A stretch of 63,901 nucleotides of DNA, counting the filler, from Reclinomonas americana ATCC 50394 (taxonomy: Eukaryota), in assembly GCA_048213135.1 (NCBI GenBank). It is 9 parts of 9 records of this genome, joined end to end, with 100 filler letters (N's around TTAATTAATTAA, not from the genome) between each part and the next. Parts side by side here need not be neighbours in the genome. Positions count along the whole stretch, not along the records: positions 13,133 to 18,388 come from AFZH01019739.1; positions 18,489 to 24,480 come from AFZH01019740.1; positions 24,581 to 33,074 come from AFZH01019741.1; 6 more parts are not named here. The stretch is one strand, 5' to 3'. A program made the position numbers and the translations under genes. A model generated the notes under the pieces. The model saw only the letters and a program-made list of their open reading frames with translations. It was not told the origin of the DNA and did not search any database. Each line of letters starts with the position of its first letter. The stretch's first letter is position 1. Shown here piece after piece: positions 13,193 to 31,200 of this stretch.

Positions 13193-14172
13193 TCTTTCAC
13201 GTTGCCGTGCTCACACTTGTGTGTGTGTACGTGTTTGCAGCCAACTTGCAGTCCGAGTTGGAGAATCTGCAGCGTCGACTTGCACTGGCAGAGGAGGGTG
13301 AACGCGAGAGTGGCGCCAGTGCCCAAGCACCAGCTCCTGCCCCTGTTGTGGCTGCAGTCACACCCGAGGAGGACGACGATGATGAGGAACAAGAGGAGGA
13401 GGACGACGAGGAAGACGAGGAGGAGGAGGAGGAAGAAGAAGATGAGAAGAGCGAGGAAGAGGAGGAGGACGATGAGGAGGAGGAAGAGGAGGAGCACGTC
13501 GCTGCTCCGGCGCCGACACTTCCGTCTCCACCACAGGCGGCGGCTGACGAGGAGGAGGAGGAGGAGGAGGAGGAGGAGGAAGAGGAAGCGGAGCAGCATC
13601 ACGATGAGGCCACGGAGGAGGAAGAGGAGGCTGACGAGGAGGAGGAGGAAGCAGAGGCACACGTTGCGGCTGCTCCACACAAGGAGGAGGAGGAGGAGGA
13701 GGACGAGGATGAGGAGGAAGAAGAGAAAGAAGAAGAGGCCAAGCGATCACCATCACCGCCGAGCGCCTTCTCCTTTGTGGACGACAGCGCACCACCTCCA
13801 GCAACAGCAGCGGAAGCAGCCTCGGAGGAACCGAGTGCATTCGGCTTCTTGAGCGGCGACGCCGCATCACAGGCCGCGCCTGCCGCCGTGCAATCGCCTC
13901 TGGCCAGCGCCTTTTCGTTCGTGAGCGACAGCGCCTCGTCGCAGGTCGCCCCTGCCGTCGTCGAGTCTCCACTGGTGAGCGCCTTCTCCTTTGTGAGCGG
14001 CAACAGCGACGCTGCCGCAGCAGTCCCCGAGCCCGTCTCCAGCGCATTCGGCTTCATCAGCACTGGTGACGACGATGCCCCACCCGCACCTTCATCCACA
14101 GCAGCAGCACCCGTCAGCGACACGCGGTTAGAGAGTGGTGGCGAGGGCGGCAGTGCGTTCGGCTTCATCTAA
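9389..14172 (+). CDS. Long coiled-coil protein with two UVR-like motifs and C-terminal SAF[SG]F repeats (spans an assembly gap)
   Basis: ATG 9389 MSLFKKIFGG. Coiled-coil exons contain EQQQAADEDNFERAETL and EKKLAASARNFKLAASL. Acidic tail ends SAFGFI* at 14172. Continuity across the gap at 13033-13132 is inferred. Confidence 0.7.
13033..13132. other. Artificial contig spacer (first of eight)
   Basis: N-run + TTAATTAATTAA + N-run. Repeated at 18389, 24481, 33075, 41433, 52373, 57109 and 60116. Confidence 0.97.
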
Positions 14173-14226
14173 ATCCCCACAAGTTTGCGGAAAAGAATAT
14201 ACAGCGATCAATGTGTAATCCCATCA

Positions 14227-14625
14227 TCACAGTAAGTTGACGTTGCGCAGCAGCGTGTCGAGCACATTCGCCTGCTCGTGGACCAACGGAAGCGCTGCAT
14301 CGACCTCATCCATGTGTTCGACCGGATTGTTCTGCCCGCGCAACCTTTTCCACATGCATACATGAGGCAACATGCACACACACTCTTCCACCAGTGTCAC
14401 TCACCACACCACACCCGTCGTCGTCTCAAACGCATCACTGTCCACCGCACGCACGACTCGCGCAACCGCCGCCGCCTCTGAAATTGCAGACGGTTGCTGC
14501 TCCGGGGCAGCAGCCGGTTGTCTTCTCCGCCCGCGTCGTCGCATCACAAACAGACCGCCAATCACCAGCGCAGCAATCGCCATCATGGACAGTGGTGGCT
14601 CGCGTGTGATTGGCGCAATTTCCAT
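14227..14625 (-). CDS. Small single-pass membrane protein, one intron
   Basis: MEIAPITREPPLSMMAIAALVIGGLFVMRRRGRRR..., GTGAGT...AAG intron, last exon LRGQNNPVEHMDEVDAALPLVHEQANVLDTLLRNVNLL*. Confidence 0.6.
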
Positions 14626-14668
14626 TGTCCATTGCAAACCTCTTGCGCGCTTTTGTTCGTCTGCGAGA

Positions 14669-17600
14669 ATGGATGAGGAGGCGGTAGTGAGTAGTGAATT
14701 CGACAGTGGGATTGACGCGCTGACGAGTGCGTTTGCGAGTGAGGCGGAGAGATTAGTCGAGTCGTTTCGACAAGAGGCAGCTGGTGCGTTGTTTCGTGTC
14801 ACTCTCTGTGTCACGCACACACACGTGCGCACGCTGACTGTGTTGGCACGCGGTACAGTGCGACAAGCCAATGTGCGGAAGCAGCGCGAAATGGCGCAGC
14901 AGCAGCTGAAATCTCAAAAAGCGCGACTTCGCTCACTGGAGGAGGAGATTGCTCAGTTGCGCGAGTGTTTTTCCGCTCACGCTTGCACGTCCTCTTACAG
15001 CAGTGCGCAGAGTGAACGAGGAAGCAAAGCAGTATCAGCTGCGCGCGAGGGATCGTCGTGACAAGGCGCTCAAGTTTCGCGATTCGTGCATGGTGCTCGT
15101 CAAGGAGCTCGGGATGGAGGAGCCGGAGATTTGCGCGTCGGAGCTGTTGGTGGAGGAGTGGGGCGAGAATCCGTTTGCGATGCGCGTCGTGGCGGCGCCA
15201 GTGTCGCAGTTGATGGGCTCGCCGAGTGGGTTGGACGGCGAGGTGGCTTCACCGCCGCCGCCACCACCACCAGCTGTTGCGTTGCGTGAGTCGACACCGC
15301 CTGCCGACTCGCCGCCACGCGATTCCACGCCTGCACAGCAAGATGACACCGCGATGACACCGTTGCGAGGCTTTTCCGTGCTTCTGCTTCCATCTTGCAC
15401 GCGCTGACAACTCCAACACCACAGGAGTTCGTTGACTCCCACTGGTACAACACCGTTGCAGCGTCGCGCTTCACGTGCGCGGGAGACAAGCGCGTTGCGT
15501 CACAAACTTGTGCTTCCGGTGCCTTGTGCGCGCGGCTCACTACGTCTGGCTGCAGGGAATTGTCGAGTCCACCAGCAGATGTGGAAATGACAGCCATGCG
15601 CGACGGGTCACAGCCGTTGCGTTTTTTGTTGCCCTTTTTCCATCCGCCTGCGCCTCGCACTCACTCGTGTGGATCAGTGACGTTCTGTTGCCGCTGACGC
15701 CGTCGCCACAGCTGCTGCCGCAACCCATCAGGAGGAAACCAGCCACGCCATCTGCTGCGATCCAGGAACACCGTTCGTCGACCTCGTCACCCGCGCCTCC
15801 ACCGGCGCCGACCTCACGACACACCCCGTGTCCTCCGTCCCCGTCGCCACCATCGCCGCCACCACCAGCACCCTCCGCTCGTCAGTCGTCGACGACTCCC
15901 CCACCACAGGTGCCGTCGTCTCTGCCGCCGGCCCGCGCTCGCCCCATAGCCACCGTGGCGGCCGACGAACAACGCAACACATCGCCGACACCGCCAAAAG
16001 CTGTGGAGCCAGAGCCCGTTGTCAAGGTGGATAACGTACGCCGCCGCGCGCTCATTCGCAAAACCTCGGTTGCCACGGGCAGTCCGCCTACGGTTCGCTG
16101 CCTTGTGCCGTGCCTCGTTTTTTTGTTTTGCGCAGCGCTTTGCACTGACCTTGCGTGGTGTCGCAGATCAATTCCTCCCAAAGCAAAATGGATGCATTTC
16201 TGCGACGACCTGCCGTCAAGAAGGAGTCTGCTGCCGCTGCTGTGGATCAACCTTCCAGCGTGCGCCAGCTGTACAGTCGCAACAAGACATCGTCGCCGTC
16301 GTTGAGCGAGGCAGCGTCGACGGCGAATCTCGTGCCAAGTTCCCGTCTCTACCCGGGGTTGTTGCACGAGCGGGACATGGAGGTCGATGAGGCAGCAGCC
16401 GAGGCAGAAGCAGCAGCAGCAGCAGCAGCCGAGGTCCATGATCAGTCAGTGGTCTCGTCTGGTGAGAGTGCCGGTGGCCGACAGAGACTTGTGGTGGAGT
16501 CCATGTTGCGTGTAACCGCACTGTACTATTCATGGTTCTATGTGAATGTGGCTGACTTGCCACGTGACAGTCGGGATCCACATCATGCCCCGCTCACTTG
16601 TGACGAAGTGGAGCAGTTCCAGCCCTCGGAGCAGCTCTTCCCCAGCCGTGCCTCGGCATTCGTGCCTCCCGCACGTCAGCCGCTCCGGTCACCAGAAAAG
16701 GCCACGACCACCACAACGACCACCACCACCGTTACCGCTGCCGTCGCCGCCGCCAGTGCCGAGACCGCCTCCTCCCCCGATGCGCCTGCTGTCGATGAGT
16801 ATTCGGCGGTGCGTGCGCTGCGACCGCGGAGGGCACAGCCGCCGACTTCGTTGCCTGAGTTCGGGACCGATGTGAGACCACTGGAGCCGGTGAACCCTGC
16901 AGTGCTCCGCCAATTGGCGACGCGGAATACTCCTCCCGACTTTCGTGACGCCGACGACGATGAGGCGTACAACTTGGAGCCGTCCTACGTTGGTCATGTC
17001 ACCCTGCCCTCGACACTCGGCACCCTCGACGAAGCCATGCTGCTGGTGGAATTCGAGACGGGCACACCACCGCCACCGGACACGGCATCAGACTCTGGCG
17101 AGACGAAGAAGACGGCGGTGAGCCGGAAACGACCTCGCGAGTCACAAAAAAAGGCATCGTCAACCACCGGCACCGGCAGCAGGTCACGCAAGAAAGGACG
17201 CTCACGGGTCGACGAAGACGCTGCTGATGTCGACGATGTGGATATGGAGGATCATCGGCAGCGGAAACGTCGCCGCACCGAGGCCAGCGATGAACAACGG
17301 TCGAGATTATCGAGTCGGTGTGTGTGTTGACGCGATACACGCTGGGCCTTTTTTCGCTGGTAGTGACTCTCTTTTTTCGCGCAGGCGCACCGCACCACCT
17401 GCAACTTCGGCGGCTGCCGATATTCCGCTGGCACAGCCGTCGGTTCCGCTCGACATTGGCGAGGACGACGACGGTCTGTTTGAGGAGCCGGACGACGAGG
17501 AGCTCTATCACGATCCGGTCACCGACGAAACGAGTTGCGTGCGCGTGTGTCGGCACCCACTCCTCGGCTTGCGTGCCAAAGGGTTGCTTTGTGTGTTCCT

Positions 17601-18130
17601 CTTGTTCTTGTTCTGCGTGCTCAGTCACCACCGGCAGACGTTGACGACATTATGGACGACGTCGACGATGACAGCCACCGCGATTCACCGCCGACCGATG
17701 CCAGCGCGTGTCCATTCACCGCCGCCGCACCCTTGTGCGTATCATACATCGTTTTCCTTGCGTGCACGAACCTGACGCATCTGCTGGGCACACAGACACG
17801 ATGCAGACGTCAAGCCGGTGAACGCGATTGGCGTGGTGGTGCGCAACAAGGCCATGCGGCAAGCCATGCCCGGATTCGACTGTCCCGACTGTCGTGCGGT
17901 ACGTACACCACTCTTCACTCGCGTCACCAGCAGCAGCAGCAGCGGCTGTCACTCACATCGCGCTGCAGTGGTACGATGAAATGGCCAAGAATCCCAATTT
18001 CGACCCCAACAAAGTACGCCAACGCTGCAGCCGCCACCGCCAGCAACAAGCCGACCCACCCACACCACCCGGCTACTGGACGCTGGAATCCACGTTTGCC
18101 GTGCGCACAAAGAAAACTGATGTTCTGTAA
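14669..18130 (+). CDS. RBBP8: DNA end-resection factor CtIP/Sae2/Com1-like
   Basis: N-terminal coiled coil and disordered middle. C-terminal VVRNKAMRQAMPGFDCPDCRAWY...CSRHR...PPTPPGYW matches the SAE2/CtIP C-terminal motif (CxxC, RHR, TP). Confidence 0.85.
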
Positions 18131-18188
18131 AGCGACGAATGTGTAGACCATGTTTGCGCGGGAAACACTGAACACTCACTCACTCACA

Positions 18189-24480
<6,292 letters not shown>

Positions 24481-24580
24481 NNNNNNNNNNNNNNNNNNNN
24501 NNNNNNNNNNNNNNNNNNNNNNNNTTAATTAATTAANNNNNNNNNNNNNNNNNNNNNNNNNNNNNNNNNNNNNNNNNNNN

Positions 24581-26326
24581 GTAGGTGTTGGGTGACGGCT
24601 CGTGTAGCTCAAGCAGCACTCCGCTGGCGTACGGCGGCACTTGGTCGTTGGGGCACACTTGCAGGGCGCCGCAAATCGGCAGCACCGTCGTGTCGCTATG
24701 CGTGGGATGTACACAGGGTGAGACATTGGTGCGAGAGGGGCCGATAAGGGAAATGCAGACAACTCACTGGGCCGGATCTGGTGACGCATTACAAAATTCA
24801 GACTCACAAACGAGATACATGAAGCACTGGCGAAGAACGAGGTACGCAACAGACGTGCATCCGGTACGTGTCTTTGGTCGGATTCTGTGGCACGCAGAGT
24901 GAGGACAGCAATATGAGACCCTGTGCACCAAGGAGCAATCGACTCACCGACACGTAAGTCTGTATGATGGACTGCACTTCGGAGAACCAGTTCGAGCAGA
25001 GGCTGCGTGCATTCACCGTCAGCTGCGAGTCAAAGAAAGGCGTCAAGCACACCACTCTCACACGCAACATGGGCAACACATTGGCATTGGTGTACTCTTG
25101 GCCAATCTGCAATGCGTGGTGAGTGGTGATTGGCACGAAACAATAGTCTGCTGATCAACGCACCACCCACTGCGACAACTGGAGAAAGTCGGCCGCATCG
25201 GTGCCACTGAGCGAGGACGGGAGCGGATACTTGTGCGCCATGGCTGTCCATATCACGTCGTAGGCGTTGTACATGTTCTGGGTGGGTGGAGGAGAGAGTG
25301 TAAGTGAGAGAAGAAGGGGTAAATGGAGAGGGTGAGTGACGCGTACAATGCTCGTGTTGTCATCGTGTGGCAAGGTAACGGCAGTGCCGAGAACGTTGCT
25401 GATGCGCTCCAACAGAGCAGCGTTCGACTCGGCCGTCTGCTTCCACATCGGCGTCTCGTACAGGTGGTCACGTCGAATGGCGGAGACCTGCATCACTCTC
25501 CAATCAGCTCTTGCGCTCCCTCACGATCGCTCTTTCCTCAGCACTTGCCTCACCTGCGATGAACATATGTCGTACGGGCGCAACAATGCCTCGTCAGCCA
25601 CCGCCACGGTCTTGAGCGGCACCGGCTGGAAGCGGCTCGGAAGCGACTCCATCATGTCGACCTCGTTCAGAGGACCAGTGCCTGCGCCTTTCTTTCACAA
25701 CAAGGACAGCCTGCGCCCCCTCATCGCATGCACTCACCCAACGGGAACAGGCCGTACATCACACTCTCACCCGACATGAGGCACCGGTCCACGGCCGAGG
25801 CACGGACCTTGACTTGCGTGTAGGTGTACGATGGATTCAAAAGCGCTGAAATGCATGTGATATCATCAGCCACACGAACGTCTCTCTCTGTTCTCGCAAG
25901 TGGCCACACACACACCCGTCTGGTTGACGTACTGCGCGTTGAGATTGCGCCCCAGAGTGTATGTTTGATACATACCCTGCGAACGAGCAGTGAGAGACGA
26001 GCCGCAAGAGCAAGAGGCATGATGATATCACGCAGACCTTGCCCGTGAGCTGACCGAGTCCCAGTGGCCATTGCTGCACATTGCAAGGAAACACACATGA
26101 GCGCGCACTGAGCGAGAGAGTGAGAGAAAGACGAGCAGAACACACACACACGCACATTGAGGTCATTGAAGGTCTTTGGGAAGGTGACGAGTGGACCGCG
26201 ATCGCCGTGACGATGCACAAGAATCACTTTCCGCAGTGTTGTATCACCGGCACCGACAGCACTGCTGTTGCTCACACAAGCGACAAGCAGCAGCACCGCA
26301 AGGCACACAAGAAGCCACTGTCGCAT
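24581..26326 (-). CDS. Histidine acid phosphatase (branch 2), secreted/lysosomal; 3' end in gap
   Basis: Signal peptide, HRHGDRGP, WPLGLGQLTGKG, RASAVDRCLMS, spliced YPAHDTT and PPYASGVLLELH. Confidence 0.92.
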
Positions 26327-26389
26327 TGCTCTCACTCACTCAAAATTGCAACACAAAACTCCGAAGACTCAATCAACAAACAAACAACA

Positions 26390-28216
26390 ATGAGCGGTGA
26401 GCGCGTGAGTTGTCACAGCTCAGCTCTCGCTGTCACGCACTCACCACTGACTGTGTTCTCTCTCTCTCTCTCTCTGTTACAGGGGCTTCTGGATCTTCTT
26501 CTGGCGATCGTCTTCGCGGACCGCGTGAGGATGCGGTGGCAGAGGAGGTGGAGGAGACACCCACGCGTTTCATGCTGACCAAGTGCCATCGCACAATGGG
26601 CGACGTGGAGTGCGACTTGGATGTGCCGGAGAGCTCGTATGAGTTGCACATTCAAACGAGCAACATTGTTGCGTCTTTCTCTCTCTGTCTCTGTTGCGTG
26701 CGTGCGTCTCACTTTGTGTGTGAGGGAAAAGATGCACGTGGAGTGGCTGGATAAGCCAAAGCATGTGCTGATTGTCAAGAAGCCACGCGACGACACCAGC
26801 ACAATGTACTTGCGATTGATTTGCAAGTTAAGCAAGCGCTCAGTCGTACGTCTTTCACATGTGAGCTCACTGTGTCGAAAAGGTGGCTGCATGAGCACGG
26901 TATGGTGGCGTATGTGGAGGAGGCCATCAAGGACGACTTCCCCAACCTGCCGTACTTGACGGAGGAGGTTCGGCAGAAGCTCAGCTTTGCGATCACTCTC
27001 GGTGGCGACGGCACCATTCTGTGGCTCTCCAAGCTCTTCCCCGAAGCCATGCCGGCCGTGGTGTCGTTCCACAGTGGATCGTTGGGCTTTTTGGCTCCCT
27101 TTGGTGCGTGTATGTGTGTGTGTGCACGCGCACAAGACAACGCTCATTGATGATGGGCAGCGCTGGAGTCGTACGAGGAGACGCTCTCTCGTGTGTCCAA
27201 GGCCGGTGTACCACTCGGCGTCAGTCTGCGTTCGCGACTCATTGCCGCACACTTGCCGGGGTGTGCCTTGCGGCATGCGCATGGCGAGGCGCCGGCGGGA
27301 TGCGAAGCCAACTTCCTGCCTGATATCCTTGAGAATCTGTGATTCTGTCGTGCGTGCTATGCTAGTGACGGTGTGTTCCTTGACTCCTCGCTACAGCTGA
27401 TTGTGCTCAATGAGCTCCTGGTCGAGCGCGCCACCGGCGCCATGGTGCGTCTCGCCCCCACGTGACACGATTCGTGTGGTCGCTTACCGTCTCTCTTCGC
27501 CATAGTTGCTTCTCGAGTGCTTCGCCAACGACACCTTCTTCACGACAGTGCAAGCAGACGGGTGCGTTCCCTGAGTATCAAGGGGGGAAGGAGTGGGATA
27601 AATCGTGACTCACTTGCGATGGCCAGTGTGATTATCGCGACGCCGACTGGATCGACCGCGTACAGCATGTCGGCGGGCGGGTCCATGGTACACCCGGCGG
27701 TTCGTATTGTTGTCTCTGCGTGTAGCAGCAGGGGGGAGACAGAGCGCTGATGGGCTGTGGCCTCTGCAGGTTCCGTGCATGCTCTTCACTCCGATTTGCC
27801 CGCACACGCTCTCGTTCCGGCCGATCATTCTCCCGGATTGCACCCTGCTGCGCCTGCAAGTGCCACCCACTGCTCGGTGCGTGCTTGTGTCTGCCGTGTG
27901 CAGGAGGCACGTTGTTGATGTGTTTGTGCAGCACTGGTGCACGTGTGGTGGTCGACGGTCGACAGGTGCTCGAGTTGCAGCCGGGCGACGGTATCGCCGT
28001 CCGTATGCATGTGCATCCTGTGCCTGGTGCGTATGTAGCACAACTTTTGCTTCCACTCGCTCACTCGCTGACTCACTCGTTCCTTCCCCAGCCATTGTTC
28101 CGAGCCACGATGGTGGCGAGCAGCAGTGGTTCGAGCAGCTGGCCACGTGCCTGTTCTGGAACGTGCGCAAAGTGTTCCTCACCAAGCCCACCAAGGCATC
28201 ATCTACTACACAGTAA
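26390..28216 (+). CDS. NADK: NAD(H) kinase
   Basis: [69 protein letters not shown]. Contains an AT-AC intron. Confidence 0.95.
27323..27394 (+). other. U12-type (minor) AT-AC intron, 72 nt
   Basis: Donor ATATCCTT, branch TTCCTTGAC at 27376-27384, ends AC. Removal gives FLP-E-LIVLNE in frame. Confidence 0.92.
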
Positions 28217-28283
28217 GACAAGACTGTGTGTGCATTATTAAACAAGTAACAGGAGCAAAACAGGGGATTTAGATCGGCGAGCA

Positions 28284-31200
28284 TCAGCGTCGACGGCGAC
28301 TGGTTGGGAGGGAAGAGAGAATGAGAAAATGAGACTCTGGTGAGGTGAGGTGAGGTACTGGGGGAAGTGCAGGACGCAACGTGGGCGGGGCGAATTCCAT
28401 GTCGGTGACCGGGAACGTGTAATGCTCGGGCGTGACCTCGCAGCGCGACGCTAGGTAGTCGCTCATGTACATGGGCTGGAGAGGCACGAGTCCCAGCTTC
28501 TTCAGTTTCACACTGTCGTCCACGTCGAGTGCCACTCCGTCGGCCAGAGCCACATTCACCGCCTGCGTACGTACAGCACTCAGTAGCCGCAGACACGTGT
28601 CGCCAACAAGAGGAGAGCGGCCAACCGAAGTGATCGCAGAAACGACTTTGGCGCCACCCATCTCGCACACGCGGGCGAGCTTGTCACGCATACTGGCGTC
28701 GCCGACACCAAACCACACCACCCATCCATCAAAAATGCTGCGGAACAAGGGAACAAACGAGTGAGACTGTCATCCCTCTGTCAACCGCGACAGTGAAGCG
28801 CTGCACACCGTTCTCCACGCTCACGCTCCTTGCGACGCAGGGGCGCCGCAGTGGCCAGTTTGCGGAGTTGCTCGGCGTCCGCTGCAATCGCATCGCGTGA
28901 GTCGTCACGAAGCAGTGGTCGATGGCGTGAGCAACATAGACGCAACGAGTGGCGAGGCTGATGACTTCGGCGCTCCACTCGTGGTCCACCTCGCGCTCCC
29001 ACTTATTACTGGACTTGCTGTCGATGACGTACGACGGCTGCAGGATCCAAATGCCACGCGCCAGTGCCGACAGATACTTGGAGGTTTGCGTCGGCACGCC
29101 GGCGAGGAGGTGCGTGGTATCGTCGCACAGATCGGCGTCGTTGCGCAGTTCCGCATTCGGGAGTTGACGAATCACTGTGCGGGTGACCAGTCAGCCGTAG
29201 CCACGCAGAAAAGCAGCAGACACGCAACTCTTGGACAGTGCCTGCTTCTGTGAGACATCGTTGACGCCACTGATCTGGAACACTCTGCGATTCACAGAAT
29301 GAGTGATCGCGGAACGAGCGTCGGTAGCAGTTTGGGAGAGTCGATACCCACCGCTTCTTGTCGGCCGTTCCAGGACTGTCGATGCGCCGACGCTTCCACT
29401 CCGCACCCTCCTGTGACCCATAGTGCAGCAGCGTCTCCTCGCCACCCTCCATCTCATGTGAAGTGCGTTTGGTGACCGCCGACACGTTGAGATCGTGTCG
29501 GGAACGAGGACGCGGAATCTGTGTCGCTTGGCTCAGAAGGGGAACAAAAAAAGCGACTGAAACAAATTGCAGCGCTTACCGAGGCGCCGGCGCTGCCTGT
29601 GGACGACGAGCCGGAGCTCCGTGTCGGCTTGGCTGGGGCGGGAGATGGGTCGAGGAGGGCCAGCAAGTCCGAAATGTGCGGATCGTCAATGGGTTTCGGT
29701 GGTGCCGGTGGTGGAGGTGGGGGCGCCGGCGGCGGCGCAGCCGCAGACACTTGATCGATTTCCATGGGAGCAGCAGTGGTGGTGGCAGCGGGCTTGCTGC
29801 GAGTCAACTCTGACAGATGGCCACCCAGCAGGGCCACGGCACTGGCCAGCGGCTTTCGCCGTGTCTCCTCCGCTTTGCCGGCAGTGGTGACAGTGGAGAC
29901 CGCAGCGGTGGCGGCGGGCTTTTCCGGTGATTTCTGCGGTGATTTCTGCGGCAGTGGTGGGAGTGGGGCAGCGCGTGCTGGCGAGCGCTGCGGTTGCGGT
30001 GGCGATCGCTGTGCAGGCGGCTCGACATGCTGGCGAGTGGTCGCCATCGCCGGCTTCGGCAGAGGCACAGCTTCAGTGACCCGATTGCTCGGCAAGCTCA
30101 CCGGCGGCGGCGACGGCGGCCGTGCGACCGCTTCGTAGGCACGAGCAACATGCGCCCCGAACTGGAGCTGTGCACTCGCTGCCACCGCCTGCAGCGCCGC
30201 GTCGGTCTCCTCCGCGGCTGCCTCTGTCATCGACGGCATGTCAAGAGGGGAGAGAAAGAGAAGGAGAGAGGGATACACACCACAACGGGACGCAACTCTC
30301 GCTTCGCTGCACTGCCGGGCTGAGAGCCTTCAGAGCGTCGGCGGTCTCCAGTCGCGGAGCCACCGCCGCTTGTGGAGCCGCAATGCGGAAGCGACGGAGA
30401 CACGACGACGGGCACGACTCGTCCGAGCGCAACTCCGACTCCACGTGATCGATGTGGTAGGCGGTGGGCGAGCACATTTCGCCCTTGCGCATGCTGTCCC
30501 ACAGCCAGTTCGGGTGCACAATGGGCAGCTGCAGGAGGCAGGGTGAGACTGAGGTTATCGACAGGGGAGAGAACATGCCAGTTAAGGATGGACCTTGCGT
30601 CGTCGAAACAGTTCCTGGCGCTTGCCGGTAGCCACTGGAGTGACCAATATTAGAGGGTTGGCATTCTGGAACAATTCCTTCTTGCTGTTGATCGTGTGTG
30701 AGAAGAGAGGCACACAAGAAACTGCAGAACGTCAACACGCAACTTGCTGCGCATCTCCACAATCGAGCAGCCGAATGCGCTGACCACGACAGTGGCGTGC
30801 TCCACCTCACTGGACTCCATGCCAGCAAAGGCGACCTGCCACGGTGGATCGGGTTTGCGTCCGGCAATCACTGCCGGCGAGTACACAATGCTGGAGTCGA
30901 GTGGCAACACGCGTTGCAACTGCATACACGACGTAAGTGAACTTGACCACGCCACACGCAGTGGATCATTAACAACAACAACAACAGACCCGAATGCAGT
31001 CGCCAATCCAGCCCGTGGTGCACGCAAAGACGGCAACTTCGGTGCTGCCCTCGAAGCCGCCGAAAGCCTCCTTCATCGTGCGCTTCAGCTCGTCCTTGCT
31101 CGAGAACACTCGTTTCGTGACGGCATAGGTCGGCATCTCACTGCGTGAGGGATGGGTGGCCTTGGTCATCTGGCGGTAGGCACCGGGTTGGATGACACGG

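Noticed and set aside
30228..30296. GTATCCCT on the minus strand in TopBP1 as a possible GT-AG U12 donor
   Set aside because: An upstream GTTGCG donor gives the correct phase and a normal intron size, and the U12 match is imperfect.
30581..30588. TCCTTAAC U12-like branch motif on the minus strand
   Set aside because: It lies next to the donor of an ordinary GT-AG intron, not near an acceptor.
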